Notes: generated by a model from the letters alone, not told the origin. A stretch of DNA of 64,000 nucleotides from Octopus vulgaris (GCA_951406725.2 OX597833.1:12834001-12898000), one strand, 5' to 3'; positions 12,910 through 27,818 are shown, counted from the first letter of the stretch. A program made the numbers and translations.

Positions 12910-13320
12910 AGGCGCAGGAGTGGCTGTGTGGTAAGTAGCTTCCTAACCAACCGCATGGTTCCGGGTTCAGTCTCACTGCGTGGCATCTTGGGCAAGTGTC
13001 TTCTGCTATAGCCCCGGGCCGACCAATGCCTTGTGAGTGGATTTGGTAGACGGAAACTGAAAGAAGCCTGTCGTGTATATATGTATATATATATGTATGT
13101 GTGTGTGTTTGTGTGTCTGTGTTTTTCCCCCTAGCATTGCTTGCCAACCGATGCTGGTGTGTTTATGTCCCCGTTACTTAGCGGTTCGGCAAAAGAGACC
13201 GATAGAATAAGTACTGGGCTTACAAAAAGAATAAGTCCCGGGGTCGAGTTGCTCGATTAAAGGCGGTGCTCCAGCATGGCCGCAGTCAAATGACTAAAAC
13301 AAGTAAAAGAGTAAAAGAGT
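12910..13320 (+). mobile_element. SINE family B
   Basis: Full length, from aggcgcaggagtggctg to the agtaaaagagt tail. Confidence 0.9.
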
Positions 13321-13399
13321 AGAATCATTACAAAGAAAACAAAAAAACAAAAAAATGCTTCAAAACAACACGGCTGCCTGTCAATGTGTGCAGTATGGA

Positions 13400-14210
13400 A
13401 GGCGGCGAGCTGGCAGAATCGTTAGGGCGCTAGGCGAAATGCTTAGCGGTATTTCGTCTGCCGCTACGTTCTGAGTTCAAATTCCGCCGAGGTCGACTTT
13501 GCCTTTCATCCTGTCGGGGTCGATTAAATAAGTACCAGTTACGCACTGGGGTCGATATAATCGACTTTATCCGTTTGTCTGTCCTTGTTTGTCTCCTCTG
13601 TGTTTAGCCCCTTGTGGGTAATAAAGAAATAGGTATTTCGTCTGCCGTTACGTTCTGAGTTCAAATTCCGCCGAGGTTGAGTTTACCTTTCATCCTTTCG
13701 GGGTCGATAAATTAAGTACCAGTTACGCACTGGGGTCGATGTAATCGACTTAATCCGTTTGTCTCTGTCCTTGTTTGTCCCCTCTGTGTTTAGTCCTTTG
13801 TGGGCAATAAAGAAATAAGACTCGTTAGCACGCTAGACGGAATGCTTAGCGGTATTTCGCCCGTCGCTACGTTCTGAGTTCAAATTCCACCGAGGTCGTC
13901 TTTGCATTTCTCCTTTCAGAGTCGATGAAATAAGTACCAGTTACGCACTGGGGTTGATGAAATCGACTATGCTTCTCCCCCGAATTTCAGGCCTTGTGCC
14001 CATAGAAGAAAAGAATCGTTAGCAGGCCGGGCAAAATCCTTTGGAGCATTTCGTCTGTCTTGGCGCTCTGAGTTCAAGTTCTGCCGAGATTCATTTTTAT
14101 CTTTCATCCTCACGAGGTCGTTAAAATAAGTACCAAGTGAGAACTGGGGTCGATGTAATCGACTTTTCCTCACCCCCGATTTTGGTAGGCCTTGTGTTAA
14201 AATTTGAAAC
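13400..14210 (+). mobile_element. SINE C tandem array (4 units)
   Basis: Head aggcggcgagctggcagaatc at 13400, followed by repeated cores. Confidence 0.9.
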
Positions 14211-14379
14211 CAATGTGTACAGTATGGTCTTCGTCTCGGTAGCATCGATGGATTTGTGGGTCGCTAATCGACGTTTAGCCGCCTACCTGTGTGTCAGAAA
14301 CCTGCTGGATCAAGTTTGATCTGGCGCTGTACAACTCTATAAAAGTACAGGAGAACGCAGTAGCCATAGTAACGACAGC

Positions 14380-14413
<34 letters not shown>

Positions 14414-14489
14414 GTATCAACGGATTTGATAAAGCAGGAAGTTTCGTTATTGTTTTTCTTTCTTTTCCCAAATAGCATGGATTCGCACT

Positions 14490-14885
14490 TTACTCTTTTA
14501 CTCTTTTACTTGTTTCAGTCATTTGACTGCGGCCATGCTGGAGCACCGCCTTTACAGTCGAGCAAATCGACCCTAGAGCTTCTTCTTTGTAAGCCTAGTA
14601 CTTATTCTATCGGTCTCTTTTTGCCGAACCGCTAATTGACGGGGACGTAAACACACCAGCATCGGTTATCAAGCGATGTTGGGGGGACAAACACATACAC
14701 ACACATACATATATATATATACGACAGGCTTCTTTCAGTTTCCGTCTACCAAATCCACTCACAAGGCTTTGGTCGGTCCGAGGCTATATTGGAAGACACT
14801 TGCCCAAGGTGCCACACAGTGGGACTGAACCCGGGACTATGTGGTTGGTAAGCAAGCTACTTACCACACAGCCACTCCTGCGCCT
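14490..14885 (-). mobile_element. SINE family B
   Basis: Full-length match. Confidence 0.9.
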
Positions 14886-15260
14886 ATAATTGATACATTC
14901 AAATTTTTTCACACAAAACCTGATATACTGATACGAAAAATTTGCTGCCTAATTTTCTCGAAAACTTGCGCCACACCACAGAAAAAAATAATACACCGCT
15001 TGATAACCGGTGTGTTTGTTTGTTTACGTCGCCGTAACTTCATAGTTTGGTAAAAGTGACTGATGGAATAAATTCCTAGACTGTGGAAGCGAAACAAAAT
15101 CATAACAATTCTAAAACCTGAAGAAATCAGCAATCACCATTTCATGTAAATTCTAAATAAAATTCTAGAAAGGCAAATTCTTGATATTACTGGCGTATAG
15201 TATGCCCTTTCTAAATCACAACTGGGATTGAAATGACGGGACTACCCCACAATATATATA

Positions 15261-15810
15261 TCTATTATATAAAATCCGTTCTGTCTGTGTGTGTGTGTCT
15301 TCTAGGATCTCGTGCATCCTCCATCCGATTGCGATCAAATTTGATACGTAGATACCGACGGTATCAGGGCGTGTATAAGTCTTGAAAAAAAATTACAAAA
15401 ATCGATTCCAAGTGAGAATGCGATCGATAAAGCCGTGGGAACGTGCATTTGTACGCGCAAGTATATCAGCTGTTGCGATCGATACTACGTGAACGCGAGA
15501 AAAATGCACGTGCAGTTTGCGCAAAAAAAGTCGGCTGGCTTGAAACAATGCCACAAAATGCAGTATATTAAAGAGACCAAAATAGCAAGATGCAAAAGAG
15601 ATATTTTCTTCAAACTTGGCATGAAGGAAGGAAAGACTATTTGGCTTTTCAAGAAGTTCTTTTTTTTTGTCTTGACTTCGTTTAACAAAACCAAAAGTTT
15701 TATTGAAATAAAAGCATGCTAATCATTTTTTAATGAAAAGAAAACACTGATTGCTTTTTATTCAGCAGATATGATTCAGCACCGTCCATTGGACGGGGTG
15801 GAGGCGCTTT
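15261..15810 (+). mobile_element. Probable Helitron 5' portion
   Basis: A|TCtattatataaaa..(ctgt/gt)n..tccgattgcgatcaaatttg start typical of invertebrate Helitrons; hairpin ccgtcca/tggacgg at 15782-15796; no CTAG end seen. Confidence 0.5.
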
Positions 15811-16587
15811 GCTCATATATATATATATATATTATATTATATAATATTATATATATATACATGTGTGTGTGTATGCTTAATAATGTGAGCGTACACGTTA
15901 TAAGTGGTTCCAATTCTGGCTAAAACGTTAGCGGATGCATACAAGAAAACCGCGAGCAAGCAGATCGGCGTATGCGGACGAACTGGATCGAAATACCAAT
16001 GGTTAATTATTCGGGCAAGTTGTTTAGTGTGTGCACTATGACACCAAAATGCAAAAGTACCGATGAGAAAACGGGGATAAGTGAATGAAGACTGTTGCAA
16101 CATATCTTGTTAGTTGAGTGTAAGAGAAGTTATACTGGCAAAACCAAAAGAAACAAAGAAATTATTCTGCTGGTTATTGTGTTTGTGGTCGTTATGTGTC
16201 TGATAGGTTTACTTTCCGTTCCCAAAATGTTACATTTATATGTATTGTTTATATTGGTATAAGCTGTCAAGAATTCCTATATGTTTGTATGTGCGTTCTT
16301 ATGTATAAACATGTATCTATGTATTTGTGGTGTGTGAGTATATATACACACACATATATATATGTATATATAATGTATATATATATATATATGTATAAAT
16401 AATGTGTATATGTATATATGTATATATATATATATACACATACATATATATATATGTATATATGTATATGTATATATATGCATATATATATGTATATATA
16501 TATGTATGTATGATTGTATGTGCGTGTGTCCTTTCTTTTGCTCTCTATATAAACATGTATATGAACACGTATACATGTACACACATA

Positions 16588-16619
<32 letters not shown>

Positions 16620-16648
16620 ACATATGTGTAGGTGTATGAATGCCAGTA

Positions 16649-16688
<40 letters not shown>

Positions 16689-16789
16689 AAAGCTTTCTTG
16701 GAAAGGATGTGTGACTTTCGATCATATAACAATATAAATATATATAAATATACACACATATAAACAGACATAAGGACAAAGGGAAATAA

Positions 16790-16870
<81 letters not shown>

Positions 16871-17316
16871 ACTTTCTTCATCTCGTATTCCAAGTATTAT
16901 CCAAGTGTCAAAACGAAAAGCGAAAGTGTTGCTATTTTATTGCCTGGAGATTAAACAACGTATGCTGTATACTTGGTTTAAGAAAATAAATGTGCAGTTT
17001 AAACGTAAACAATATTATATCACTGAAATCAATTTATCATATTTTTGCTTCCTCCAAAGTAAACTGAATATAAATGATTTTATTTTTAATAAACGTTTAA
17101 ATCTCTACAATCACACACACACACACAAAAAAGATGAATACACAAACACACACACAATCACACATACACAAACGCACAGACACACGCAGAAGCACTAACA
17201 CGCCGTACTCTCTCTCTGTCTCTATTTGTCTAACACACGTATGAACACTACATATATTGAACGATTAATATTACACACACACACACACACACAAACATAT
17301 ATGTATATGTATGTAT

Positions 17317-17436
17317 GTGGTTATGAATGACTACGTGGTTCCAGATTCAGTCGCACTGCGTGGAACCTACTATAGCCACGGGGCGCTCAAAGGCATCTGA
17401 GTAGATATAGTAGACGGAGACTAAAAGAAGCCTGTC

Positions 17437-17505
<69 letters not shown>

Positions 17506-17797
17506 CATACATGTATACATATATATACATATACAAACATACATACATACATACATACATACATACATACATACATACATACGTATATATATATATATAC
17601 ATGTATGTATGTGCTTGTGTATCTGTATTTGTCCCCACCATCGCTTTTTAACCGATGTTGGTGTGTTTACGTACCCGTAAGTTAGCGGTTCGGCACAAGA
17701 GACCGATAGAATAAGTACTAGTCTTGGGGTCGATTTGTTCGAATAAAGGAAGTGCTAAAGCATGGCCACAATCAAATTACTGAAGCATGTAAAAAAA
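17317..17797 (+). mobile_element. Degenerate SINE B with expanded internal microsatellite
   Basis: B left and right halves flank (TA)n(TACA)n. Confidence 0.75.
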
Positions 17798-18134
17798 TAT
17801 ATATATATCCTTCAATCCTTAAAAATGTTTTAGCCCGAAGGCCGCAGCCATATATATAATCAAAATAAACAACAGAATATTAAGTAGTGATGTAGTACGA
17901 CTGTTTCAAGCGGCTCCATTTAATTGAACAATGCAGTCATAACATCAGTTTAAATGTAGTGCTATCTTCAGTTGCATAGACAAATAAATAGAATTTTAAC
18001 GAGTAGGACACATTAATATAATTTATCTGAAATATTTTAACAGAGCAAGAAGATGGAAGAAACTCATGTTGTCGCTATTGCAGCTAAGAATAGACTACAC
18101 TTCCAAGAATAGCATGAAGCCTAGTGGGGTGATA

Positions 18135-18191
<57 letters not shown>

Positions 18192-18211
18192 CATACATAC
18201 ATACATACATG

Positions 18212-18255
<44 letters not shown>

Positions 18256-19026
18256 TATATAGCCATGTATATATTCGTATGTATGAATATATGTACATAC
18301 ATATTTACATACATACATATATGTATGTTCGTGAGTCTATATATGTATGTATTTCTTTGTGTAGGGGATTATATTCTATAAAACTAAAGTCTTAGATCAC
18401 CTTGGTAAATAGGTAACAAAGCCTGAAGAAATTTTAAAATATAATAAATTGGTTTTTCTATCCGGATGGAATTTTGTCTCCCATCCACTTCACGCAATGA
18501 AACTGGAACAAAATGTCAGTTCTCGTCTCCCAGGTTTTATGAGACATTTTTCTTTCACCTGCTCGGTTTCCGTAATACATCAGCATAGAACAGAAAGCGA
18601 AGAATGTTGAACGAACGGTGTAGAGATACTACATATAATCAATAATTCAGACACTGATAACATAACAGCTTTATCATTATTAATAAGACAAACAGCGATA
18701 ATAATTTATCACAGTTACCTCCCACGTCAACACGGTTCCAGACACAGGAAAACAAACTTCTTCAATGAAAGTGCAAATGTGTCTGCTTCGTCGATTTGCC
18801 ATTCTTAATCTACCCCAGCCCTAGATTTTTGTGCATTAAGCACATTATTCTTCCTTCACTGAGCTTCCACCCTCAGAAACTTCCTCTCTTAGTCCGTGCT
18901 TTGCCAGCAATGACTTCATTAAGTTGATAATCTGGAAATAAGACCTGAATACCAATTGCATCGAAGCCACTAGTTTCAGAAGGTTTTTTTTTTTCATTTC
19001 TTAGGAAGAAAGGTATTAATATCTGA

Positions 19027-19250
19027 TTCTTTATTGCCCACGAGGGGCTAAACATAGAGGGGACAAACAAGGACAGAGACAAACGGATTAAGTCGATTAC
19101 ATCGACCCCAGTGCGTAACTGGTACTTAATTTATCGACCCCGAAAGGATGAAATACAAAGTCGACCTCGGCGGTATTTGAACTCAGAACGCAACGACAGA
19201 CACAATACCGCTAAGCATTTCGCCCGGTGTGCTAACGTTTCTGCCAGCTC
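19027..19250 (-). mobile_element. SINE C monomer
   Basis: Core and head match. Confidence 0.85.
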
Positions 19251-19389
19251 GATTAATATCTATAACCGCTTACAGGGTTCCCGAGATGGATGATAAAGAG
19301 AGGAAAGCACTTGATCGGAATGCTTGCAACAGAGTGAACTCCGCTAAAGACCCACAAGGACCAAGTTTAAGTGTTAAAGTGGGCGATGC

Positions 19390-19630
19390 AATACGTGTTT
19401 CACACATTTAAGTCAAGGTGGGATTCGAGCTTAGAGAGCAAAGTGCCGGAAAATATATCACGATGTATTCTGTCCAAAGTTCTAACGATTCTGCCAGGAT
19501 GGTATTTTATTTATCGATCTCGAAAGCATGAAAGGGAAAGCTGAGGTCGGTGAAAATTGAGCTCAGAAGGCAAGAAGACAGAATAAACACCGCAAGGCAT
19601 TTCGTCCAATACTCTACCGACTCTGTGCAC
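19390..19630 (-). mobile_element. Two highly diverged SINE C-like fragments
   Basis: ctaacgattctgccag and ttatcgatctcgaaagcatgaaagggaaag motifs. Confidence 0.5.
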
Positions 19631-19961
19631 TGCTGCTCTACTTTGGAAATAAATATTGAAACACGGAAATATTTTATTTGCCTAAAGATACTGGAACCAT
19701 TTTAAAATACTGTACGGTGCAGTATACTGCAATATACGAGTGTTCCTTTACACACCAACTGAAATCAACGCTGTAGGAAAATGTTTTGTTCTGAGCAGGT
19801 CCACGTTTCTCAGCTCTGAACACCTTTGTAAAAGTAATGCGCGCACACACACATTCGCACGCACACGCACACACACACATACACACACACACACACACAC
19901 ACATTTAAGAACAGACTCAACAGTGTAAGAGATGAAACATGCCAGAATTCTATATTATATG

Positions 19962-20376
19962 TTTCTTTATTACCCACAAGGGGCTACACACAGAGGCGAC
20001 AAACAAGGACAGACAAAGGGATTAAGTCGGTTATATCAACCCCAGTGCGTAACTGGTACTTATTTAATTGACCCCGAAAGGATGAAAGGCCAAGTCGACC
20101 TCGGCGGAATTTGAACTCAGAACGTAGCGGCAGACAAAATACCTATTTCTTTACTACCCACAAGGGGCTAAACACAGAGGGGACAAACAAGGACAGACAA
20201 ACGCATTAAGTCGATTACATCGACCCCAGTGCGCAACTGGTACTTAATTTATCGACCCCGAAAGGATGAAAGGTAAAGTCGACCGCGGCAGAATTTGAAC
20301 TCAGAACGTAACGGCAGACGAAATACGGCTACGCATTTCGCCCGGCGTGCTAACGTTTCTGCCAGCTCGCCGCCTT
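19962..20376 (-). mobile_element. SINE C dimer
   Basis: Head at 20376; two cores joined at aatacctatttc. Confidence 0.9.
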
Positions 20377-20659
20377 ACATCCCATAATTCTATATGAAAC
20401 TCGATGCGATAACGTATTGCTTGTTCCACATGCGTCGTGTTGTTAGATTTGGGTTTCACCAGACATCTATTTATGATCATGTAAACCCAAACCCTTTGAA
20501 TTCCGAGTTCAAATTCAGTTGAGGCATATGAGGATAGTAGACCTTGGTTATAAATACTTAGGTACACATCCAATAGTATAATGGATATTTAATACCCCTT
20601 AGAGGGTTTCTCAACCTCTAACTCATACAGAAATATATATCTATCTATATATATATATG

Positions 20660-20821
20660 ACCTCCCGTTTACGAGAGAGGGATGACCTCCCTTTGCAAAT
20701 ACCATAAGGGCACAGAAAGTGTGCCTAAAGCCAGCTGGAGACGATGATCTCCTGGGGCTACAAGCTGCAGTAACACCTACCCTTAGTGGTTAGCCATATT
20801 GAGATGGCTAGTATACTTTAC
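20660..20821. mobile_element. End fragment of a GTAAAG-terminated MITE family
   Basis: Homologous to 61715-61833, 46250-46370 and 23612-23668; ends ..gccatattgagatggctagtatactttac. Confidence 0.55.
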
Positions 20822-20822
20822 G

Positions 20823-20856
<34 letters not shown>

Positions 20857-20883
20857 TATCTATATACAGACATATAGATATAT

Positions 20884-20948
<65 letters not shown>

Positions 20949-20987
20949 CAGAATACTGCTTTTAGTATGTGACCCCGTCTGTATCAC

Positions 20988-21283
<296 letters not shown>

Positions 21284-21745
21284 ACTTATACTTTTATTGA
21301 AGCTGAAAGAAAGAAGAGAGTTTGTCTTGCAAATCGAGTTTCAGAATACTGCAATCTTCAGCGATTTAAGACTCGAGTCGCTAGAGACAAACATGCCGTT
21401 GCCTCCCCAGAAAAGGAAAAGAAAGAAAAAGAAGAATAAGAAAGGAAAGAAACCCATAACTTCAATTGAACATTTCTCTCTCAACTGTCCGACATAAACC
21501 AACGTGCGCATATATGTGCGTGTATGTGTGTATGTGTGTATGTGTGGGTGTGTATTTGCGTAGGTATGTATATCAATATACACACACGAACGCGCGCTCG
21601 CACACACACACACATACACAAAAGATGGTTGTGTAGTGTATCTGGATGAGAGTAGAAGCATTTAAATTTCTGAACATACGTATACAAACAAAGACACAAA
21701 AATCTATATACAAACATCCGCACATACAGGGGAAAGTAAACTCGA

Positions 21746-21804
<59 letters not shown>

Positions 21805-23338
21805 GTACCTATTGAACCTAAATTTATCATGAAACACAAAATCGATATTTACTCCATCGAAACCACTGCTAAAAACTATAGGACCCGATAGAAGGTTTAC
21901 AGAATCCGAGATTAAATGGTAAGATCGAATAAGAAAAGAAACAGGGCTTCTGAAAAAATTTGGCAGGACGAAAAGAGGCTGCTTGGGAGGATACACATCT
22001 CAAAATTGAAGGGAGCTGTGAAGATTTTCCTTTATGTCAGGGAAGGGGCTCATAATTGGTTTTCCTAACACTGGAGCAATGTGCCGACTGTCCTCTTCTC
22101 TCAAAGGTTCTTACACAAGAGGATGAGGCTTGACTGTGCTTAGATGGAGGTGGAAAATATGACTTCAAAGATAATTGTTGTTAATGCTTTCATTTTCTGA
22201 AACTTCGACTTGTCAGCTTTGAGTTTAAACACGATTAAAGAGAAACAAACCACTATGAATGGGCTCTGCACGACATCATTAGACTGTAGGATACGTGTCT
22301 TGCGTTGTTTCGCTTCGCCAGTAACAAACACCCGACTTTGTCGTTCATAGTCCACGAATTGCTGTTTGTTTATATATATATATAACAAGCAAATAATAAA
22401 TTTGCTGGCATGTGCAAAGCTTTGTCAAGCTGGAATTAATTAACTAGTAAATTGATTGATTAATTAACAATTTAATGGCAGACTTAACACCGAAGAATAA
22501 AATTATGCTAGGTACATTATACTGAAGATGTTTGTTTCACTAAAAACGTGGAAACCTTCGCTGTCTCGGTAAGAACGTTATCCTTATAGACAATATGTGT
22601 GAAAACATACTAAACCGGACTATAAATGGACTATAAATGACGTCATCGGACTGTAAGACACGTGTTTCTGTGTCGTTATACTTCATCAGCTGTGGAATAT
22701 GAATTCTTGAGTGTACACGAACGTGTTAAATTTAAGTGTACACGGCTTTATTTTAATCATTCTGCTTAGGTGCCTTTAATTAAAATGTTGTGTTACACAT
22801 TAAATTTAGACAGCAATTAAATATAATTTCACCTGTCAGAATTCACGTCTCTAATTGTACGCTTTTGCCTGATATCAAGTATACGTTTAAATATTCCTAA
22901 ACTCTATTCAGATTCGAACCGAGTTCGTGACTCACATGTAGATTATTGACTAACGTACCACGACATAATTTGGAACTCTTACTGTAATATCAATACTGTA
23001 CATTATTGAGTTTCCACTAAGCTGTGTTGGTAACTCTTGATGAAGTTTTGACTCCGAGTTGAGCCAACTTCTCTTTATAGCCTTTTATTTGACGGCTGAA
23101 CGCATAAAAGCAACTTTCGCCAAATACTTACATTTTATATAGATACATTCTTCTATGGAAACGTAAAGAACTCGTATTATTTATTCCTAAAGCTGAGGTG
23201 ATATACAGTTCTGGAGGAGAACCGATCCTTTCTAACATAAAATAAGAAACAGAACTACAAGCTTGGTTGAAAGAGATAAATGACGATTCACAACAGGTTA
23301 AAAACAAATGAAATTCGTAAATGAAAGTAAATTGATAA

Positions 23339-23734
23339 TCTTTATATATAAAAGTGAGGTTGTGTGCTGTCTGTCTCCTACGATTTAGATTCCTAATTAC
23401 TCCCACATTTTGCGGTGCAGTTTAACCAAAAGCGGATATCTTATAGTCGTTATTCATATCGAGCCCTTCTGGGTATTAGCGCACGTCTACGATGAGTCCA
23501 CGATTTAAAAAAAAAATTTACCATCAATTTTTCCCCATTTTTAATGCATTTTTGGCATATATCAGGGAAGTAACTCTCTAAAAATGTATTATTAAATCTC
23601 AGAACGTAAAAAGCTACAGTAACACCCCCTTTGTGGTTAGCCATATTGAGATGGCTATTATACTTTACATCTCTAAAAATGCTTATATAGTTATTTCCCT
23701 TACAAACCCGAGCAACGCCGGGCGATACTGCTAG
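23339..23734 (+). mobile_element. Complete non-autonomous Helitron
   Basis: 5' TC, subterminal hairpin cccg-agcaacgc-cggg, 3' CTAG; inserted between A (23338) and T (23735) with no TSD. Confidence 0.9.
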
Positions 23735-24171
23735 TGTACTATAAAGTGAAATGGGCTTTCGGGTTTATGGTAGAGATCTTCTCTGAAATAAAAAAAGAAA
23801 AAAAAACTATAAAAAATATGATTACAGGCTTGACTATGCGAGGAATGTGCAGGTGTCGTAAAAGGTTATCTGAGATCACAAGAGGTGATGATTTTAGCTT
23901 TATATATAAACCAGGATCTAGAAGCAGTGACCCAGATAATAATACAGAGATGCTTATAGATGAACAATATTAAATAAGAGTTTTCCGTCCGTAAATGAAT
24001 GAACAATAAACATTTCAGTTTGAGTGGCAGCTATCGTGTTTGCACTTCATGTCTTCACCGTTGAGAAACAAATGAGAACTGCACAATATGTAAGGGTTTA
24101 AAGTAGAATAAGAAAAGGTATGATCGGTAGAATAGGGATAGGGCGAGGTCCTTTAAAACAGAGTTTCAGTA

Positions 24172-24470
24172 TGAGTTAGTTAGTTAGTTAGTTAATTTTT
24201 TGGTTCAAAAAGCAAAAAGCAAGGCCATGTAGGGGGACATGGAGTTATGTACAGGGTGGTGTTCATGCAAAGAGTTCAGGCCATTTGTGGTCAAGGGAGA
24301 CTTTGAACAAAGCGGTCGTCAGCATCTTCACCATCTCGTCTGGCAGCTTGTTCCACGGATCCGCATCCCGGACGGAGAAAGCTCCTCTCCTTCGATTGAG
24401 ATGAAATCGTCGCAGGTAGAGCTTTTCGGAATGACCCCGCAGCCGACGCTCTGGAGCAGGAGTTTTTTGT
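24172..24470 (-). pseudogene. CR1-clade LINE 3' end with (TAAC)n tail
   Basis: Minus-strand translation PAPERRLRGHSEKLYLRRFHLNRRRGAFSVRDADPWNKLPDEMV has the CR1 RGH..KL and WNxLP motifs. Confidence 0.85.
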
Positions 24471-24494
24471 AGTAACAGCCGTAAGCAAAACTCC

Positions 24495-24620
24495 CAGGTC
24501 GACTTTGCCTTTCATCATTTCAGGGATGATAAATTAAGTACCAGTTGCGTACTGGGATCGATCTAATCGACTGGTCCCCTCCCTCAAAATTTCGGGCTTT
24601 GTGTCTAGAGTAGAAAAGAA
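24495..24620 (+). mobile_element. SINE C 3' fragment
   Basis: aggtcgactttgcctttcatc..aaatttcgggctttgtgtctagagtagaaaag. Confidence 0.8.
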
Positions 24621-24654
24621 TGCATCACAGTGGGAGATATTATAACACCTACAT

Positions 24655-25037
24655 GGAAGCACTCCGTCGGTTACGACGACGAGGGTTCCGGTTGATCCGA
24701 ATCAACGGAACAGCCTGCTCGTGAAATTAACGTGTAAGTGGCTGAGCACTCCACAGACACGTATACCCTTAACGTAGTTCTCGGGGATATTCAGCGTGAC
24801 ACAGAGAGTGACAAGGCCAACCCTTTGAAATAGAGGTACAACAGAAACAGGAAGTAAGAGTGAGAGAAAGTTGTGGTGAAAGGGTACAGCAGGGATCACC
24901 ACCATCCCCTGCCGGAGACTCGTGGAGCTTTTAGGTGTTTTCGCTCAATAAACACTCACAACGCCCGGTCTGGGAATCGAAACCGCGATCCTATGACCGC
25001 GAGTCGGCTGCCCTAACCACTGGGCCATTGCGCCTCC
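24655..25037 (-). mobile_element. SINE family A, tail type 2, with TSD
   Basis: Flanked by the direct repeat aacacctacat (24644-24654 and 25038-25048). Confidence 0.93.
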
Positions 25038-25515
25038 AACACCTACATACATGATCAGCAGCTGGTAAACAATGTCCGCTCGTTATTACCATCCAATTAT
25101 ATATGACATCATTAAAAAAGTAAAAACGTCAACAAATAAAACACTCCTTGAGCAACGACGACGACGACGACGACGTCAAACAGAGCTGGACACAATGCTA
25201 AACACAAGAAAAGGCGATTGCTTCGATAAAAATACCAAATGTACAATTGAAATACTGGAACACAGTTTGTAATGAATATCACAAACAGTGGAGCATTCTA
25301 TTGAAAATACCAATGTTGTGTAAATACGAGAGAATTTACATTGTTTTGTGCGCCCGTAGAGCACAGTTGTGCATTGTTGTGCATTGTTTAGTCGGGTCAG
25401 CTGACGAACGAACGTCCATGAACGGTCAAAAGTTCCAGAGGAATAATAAACATTAACAGTTAACAAATGCCTGTATGAGCAGCTTTTTTTGCACGCGATC
25501 GTCATTTATACTCAA

Positions 25516-25555
<40 letters not shown>

Positions 25556-25621
25556 ACACACACACATTCACACACATAGAAGCACACACACAGACATACT
25601 CCCTCAATCTCTCTCTTTCTC

Positions 25622-25657
<36 letters not shown>

Positions 25658-25665
25658 CTGGAGTG

Positions 25666-26080
25666 GCGCAGGAGTGGCTGTGTGGTAAGTAGCTTGCTAA
25701 CCAACCACATGGTTCCGGGTTCAGTCCCACTGAGTGGCATCTTCGGCAAGTGTCTTCTGCTATAGCCCCAGGCCGACCAAAGCCTTGTGAGTGGGTTTGG
25801 TAGACGGAAACTGAAAGAAGCCCGTCGTATATATGTATATATATATATTCGTGTATATGTTTGTGTGCCTGTGTTTGTTCCCCTTAGCATTGCTTGACAA
25901 CCGATGCTGGTGTGTTTACGTCCCCGTCACTTAGCGGTTCGACAAAAAGAGACCGATAGAATAAGTACTGGGCTTACAAAGAATAAGTCCCGGGGTCGAT
26001 TTGCTCGACTAAAGGTGGTGCTCCAGCATGGCCGCAGTCAAATGACTGAAACAGGTAAAAGAGTAAAAGAGTAAAAGAGT
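25666..26080 (+). mobile_element. SINE family B
   Basis: Full-length match. Confidence 0.9.
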
Positions 26081-26260
26081 ATACAAAATAAGAAAATATG
26101 AATTTGAGGTAAAACATTTTACCTTCGCCCATATAATACAATAAATGAACTAATTGTAAGCATTTAAGTATTAGCCTTTCTGGGTACTTCACTGGCAGTA
26201 TATTGGATAAATGATATCCCATAGTGGGTTACACTCATCACCCCTATCTCACTTTGTACT

Positions 26261-26299
<39 letters not shown>

Positions 26300-26304
<5 letters not shown>

Positions 26305-26495
26305 ATCCAAACATGAACAAAGAGAAAACGCAACAACCCGAGGACGTGGAACGTGTATAGTGTTATTGGATGCTCAGGAAAGGAAAGAAAGAAGGAGGAT
26401 TTAACGTTTCGAGCGGAGCTCTTCGTCAGAAATATAGAAAAAAAGGAAAAATCCACGGAAGGGAAGACGGAGAAAGAAAATCGCCAACGATACGC
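26300..26495 (-). mobile_element. Hammerhead-bearing short element E1
   Basis: Family match; 3' end abuts (TA)n. Confidence 0.75.
26399..26433 (-). ncRNA. Minimal type-I hammerhead ribozyme motif
   Basis: ATTT-CTGACGA-A-GAGC-TCC-GCTC-GAAAC-GTT-AAAT: intact core, stems I and II pair, palindromic AACGTT helix III. Confidence 0.65.
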
Positions 26496-26504
26496 ACGCG
26501 GATA

Positions 26505-26654
26505 TATTTTTTTCTCTCCTTGTTTTTTTTTCTGTGTATCTTTCTGTCGAAGAGCGTAGGCTCGAAACGTAAAATACTTTTTCTATTTCTATTCCTGAGC
26601 GCTATACTAATACATTTGTTTGTTTGTACTCCACCTGCCTTCGTCTTTTGTTTA

Positions 26655-26655
<1 letters not shown>
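26505..26655 (+). mobile_element. Hammerhead-like short element E2
   Basis: ttt-CTGTCGA-A-GAGCgtagGCTC-GAAAC-GTA-aaa at 26541-26574; homologous to 45650-45848. Confidence 0.7.
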
Positions 26656-27335
<680 letters not shown>

Positions 27336-27426
27336 TAATCAGATTTGAGTATACTGCACTGGGTTTTATCCTTGTTTTATGCCAGTTTCCAACGATAAAA
27401 TATTGACACTACTTATGCATTATAAG

Positions 27427-27715
27427 TACTCTTTTACTTGCTTCATTCATTTGACTGCGGCCATGCTGGAGCACCGCCTTTAGTCGAGCAAATCGACGCC
27501 AGGACTTATTCTTTGTAAGCCTAGTACTTATTCTATCGGTATCTTTTGCTAAGTTACGGGGACGTAAACACACCAGCATCGGTTGTCAAGCGATGTTGGG
27601 TGGGTGGGTGGGGGACAAGCACAGACACACAAACATATACACACACATACATATGTATATATATATATACGACGCACTTCTTTCAGTCTCCATCTCAGAC
27701 ACACAAACACACACA

Positions 27716-27788
<73 letters not shown>

Positions 27789-27818
27789 GCATATATACGA
27801 CGGGCTTCTTTCAGTTTC
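27427..27818 (-). mobile_element. SINE B 3' part, with a locally duplicated microsatellite segment
   Basis: Tail present through cgggcttctttcagtttc, where SINE C begins. Confidence 0.85.
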
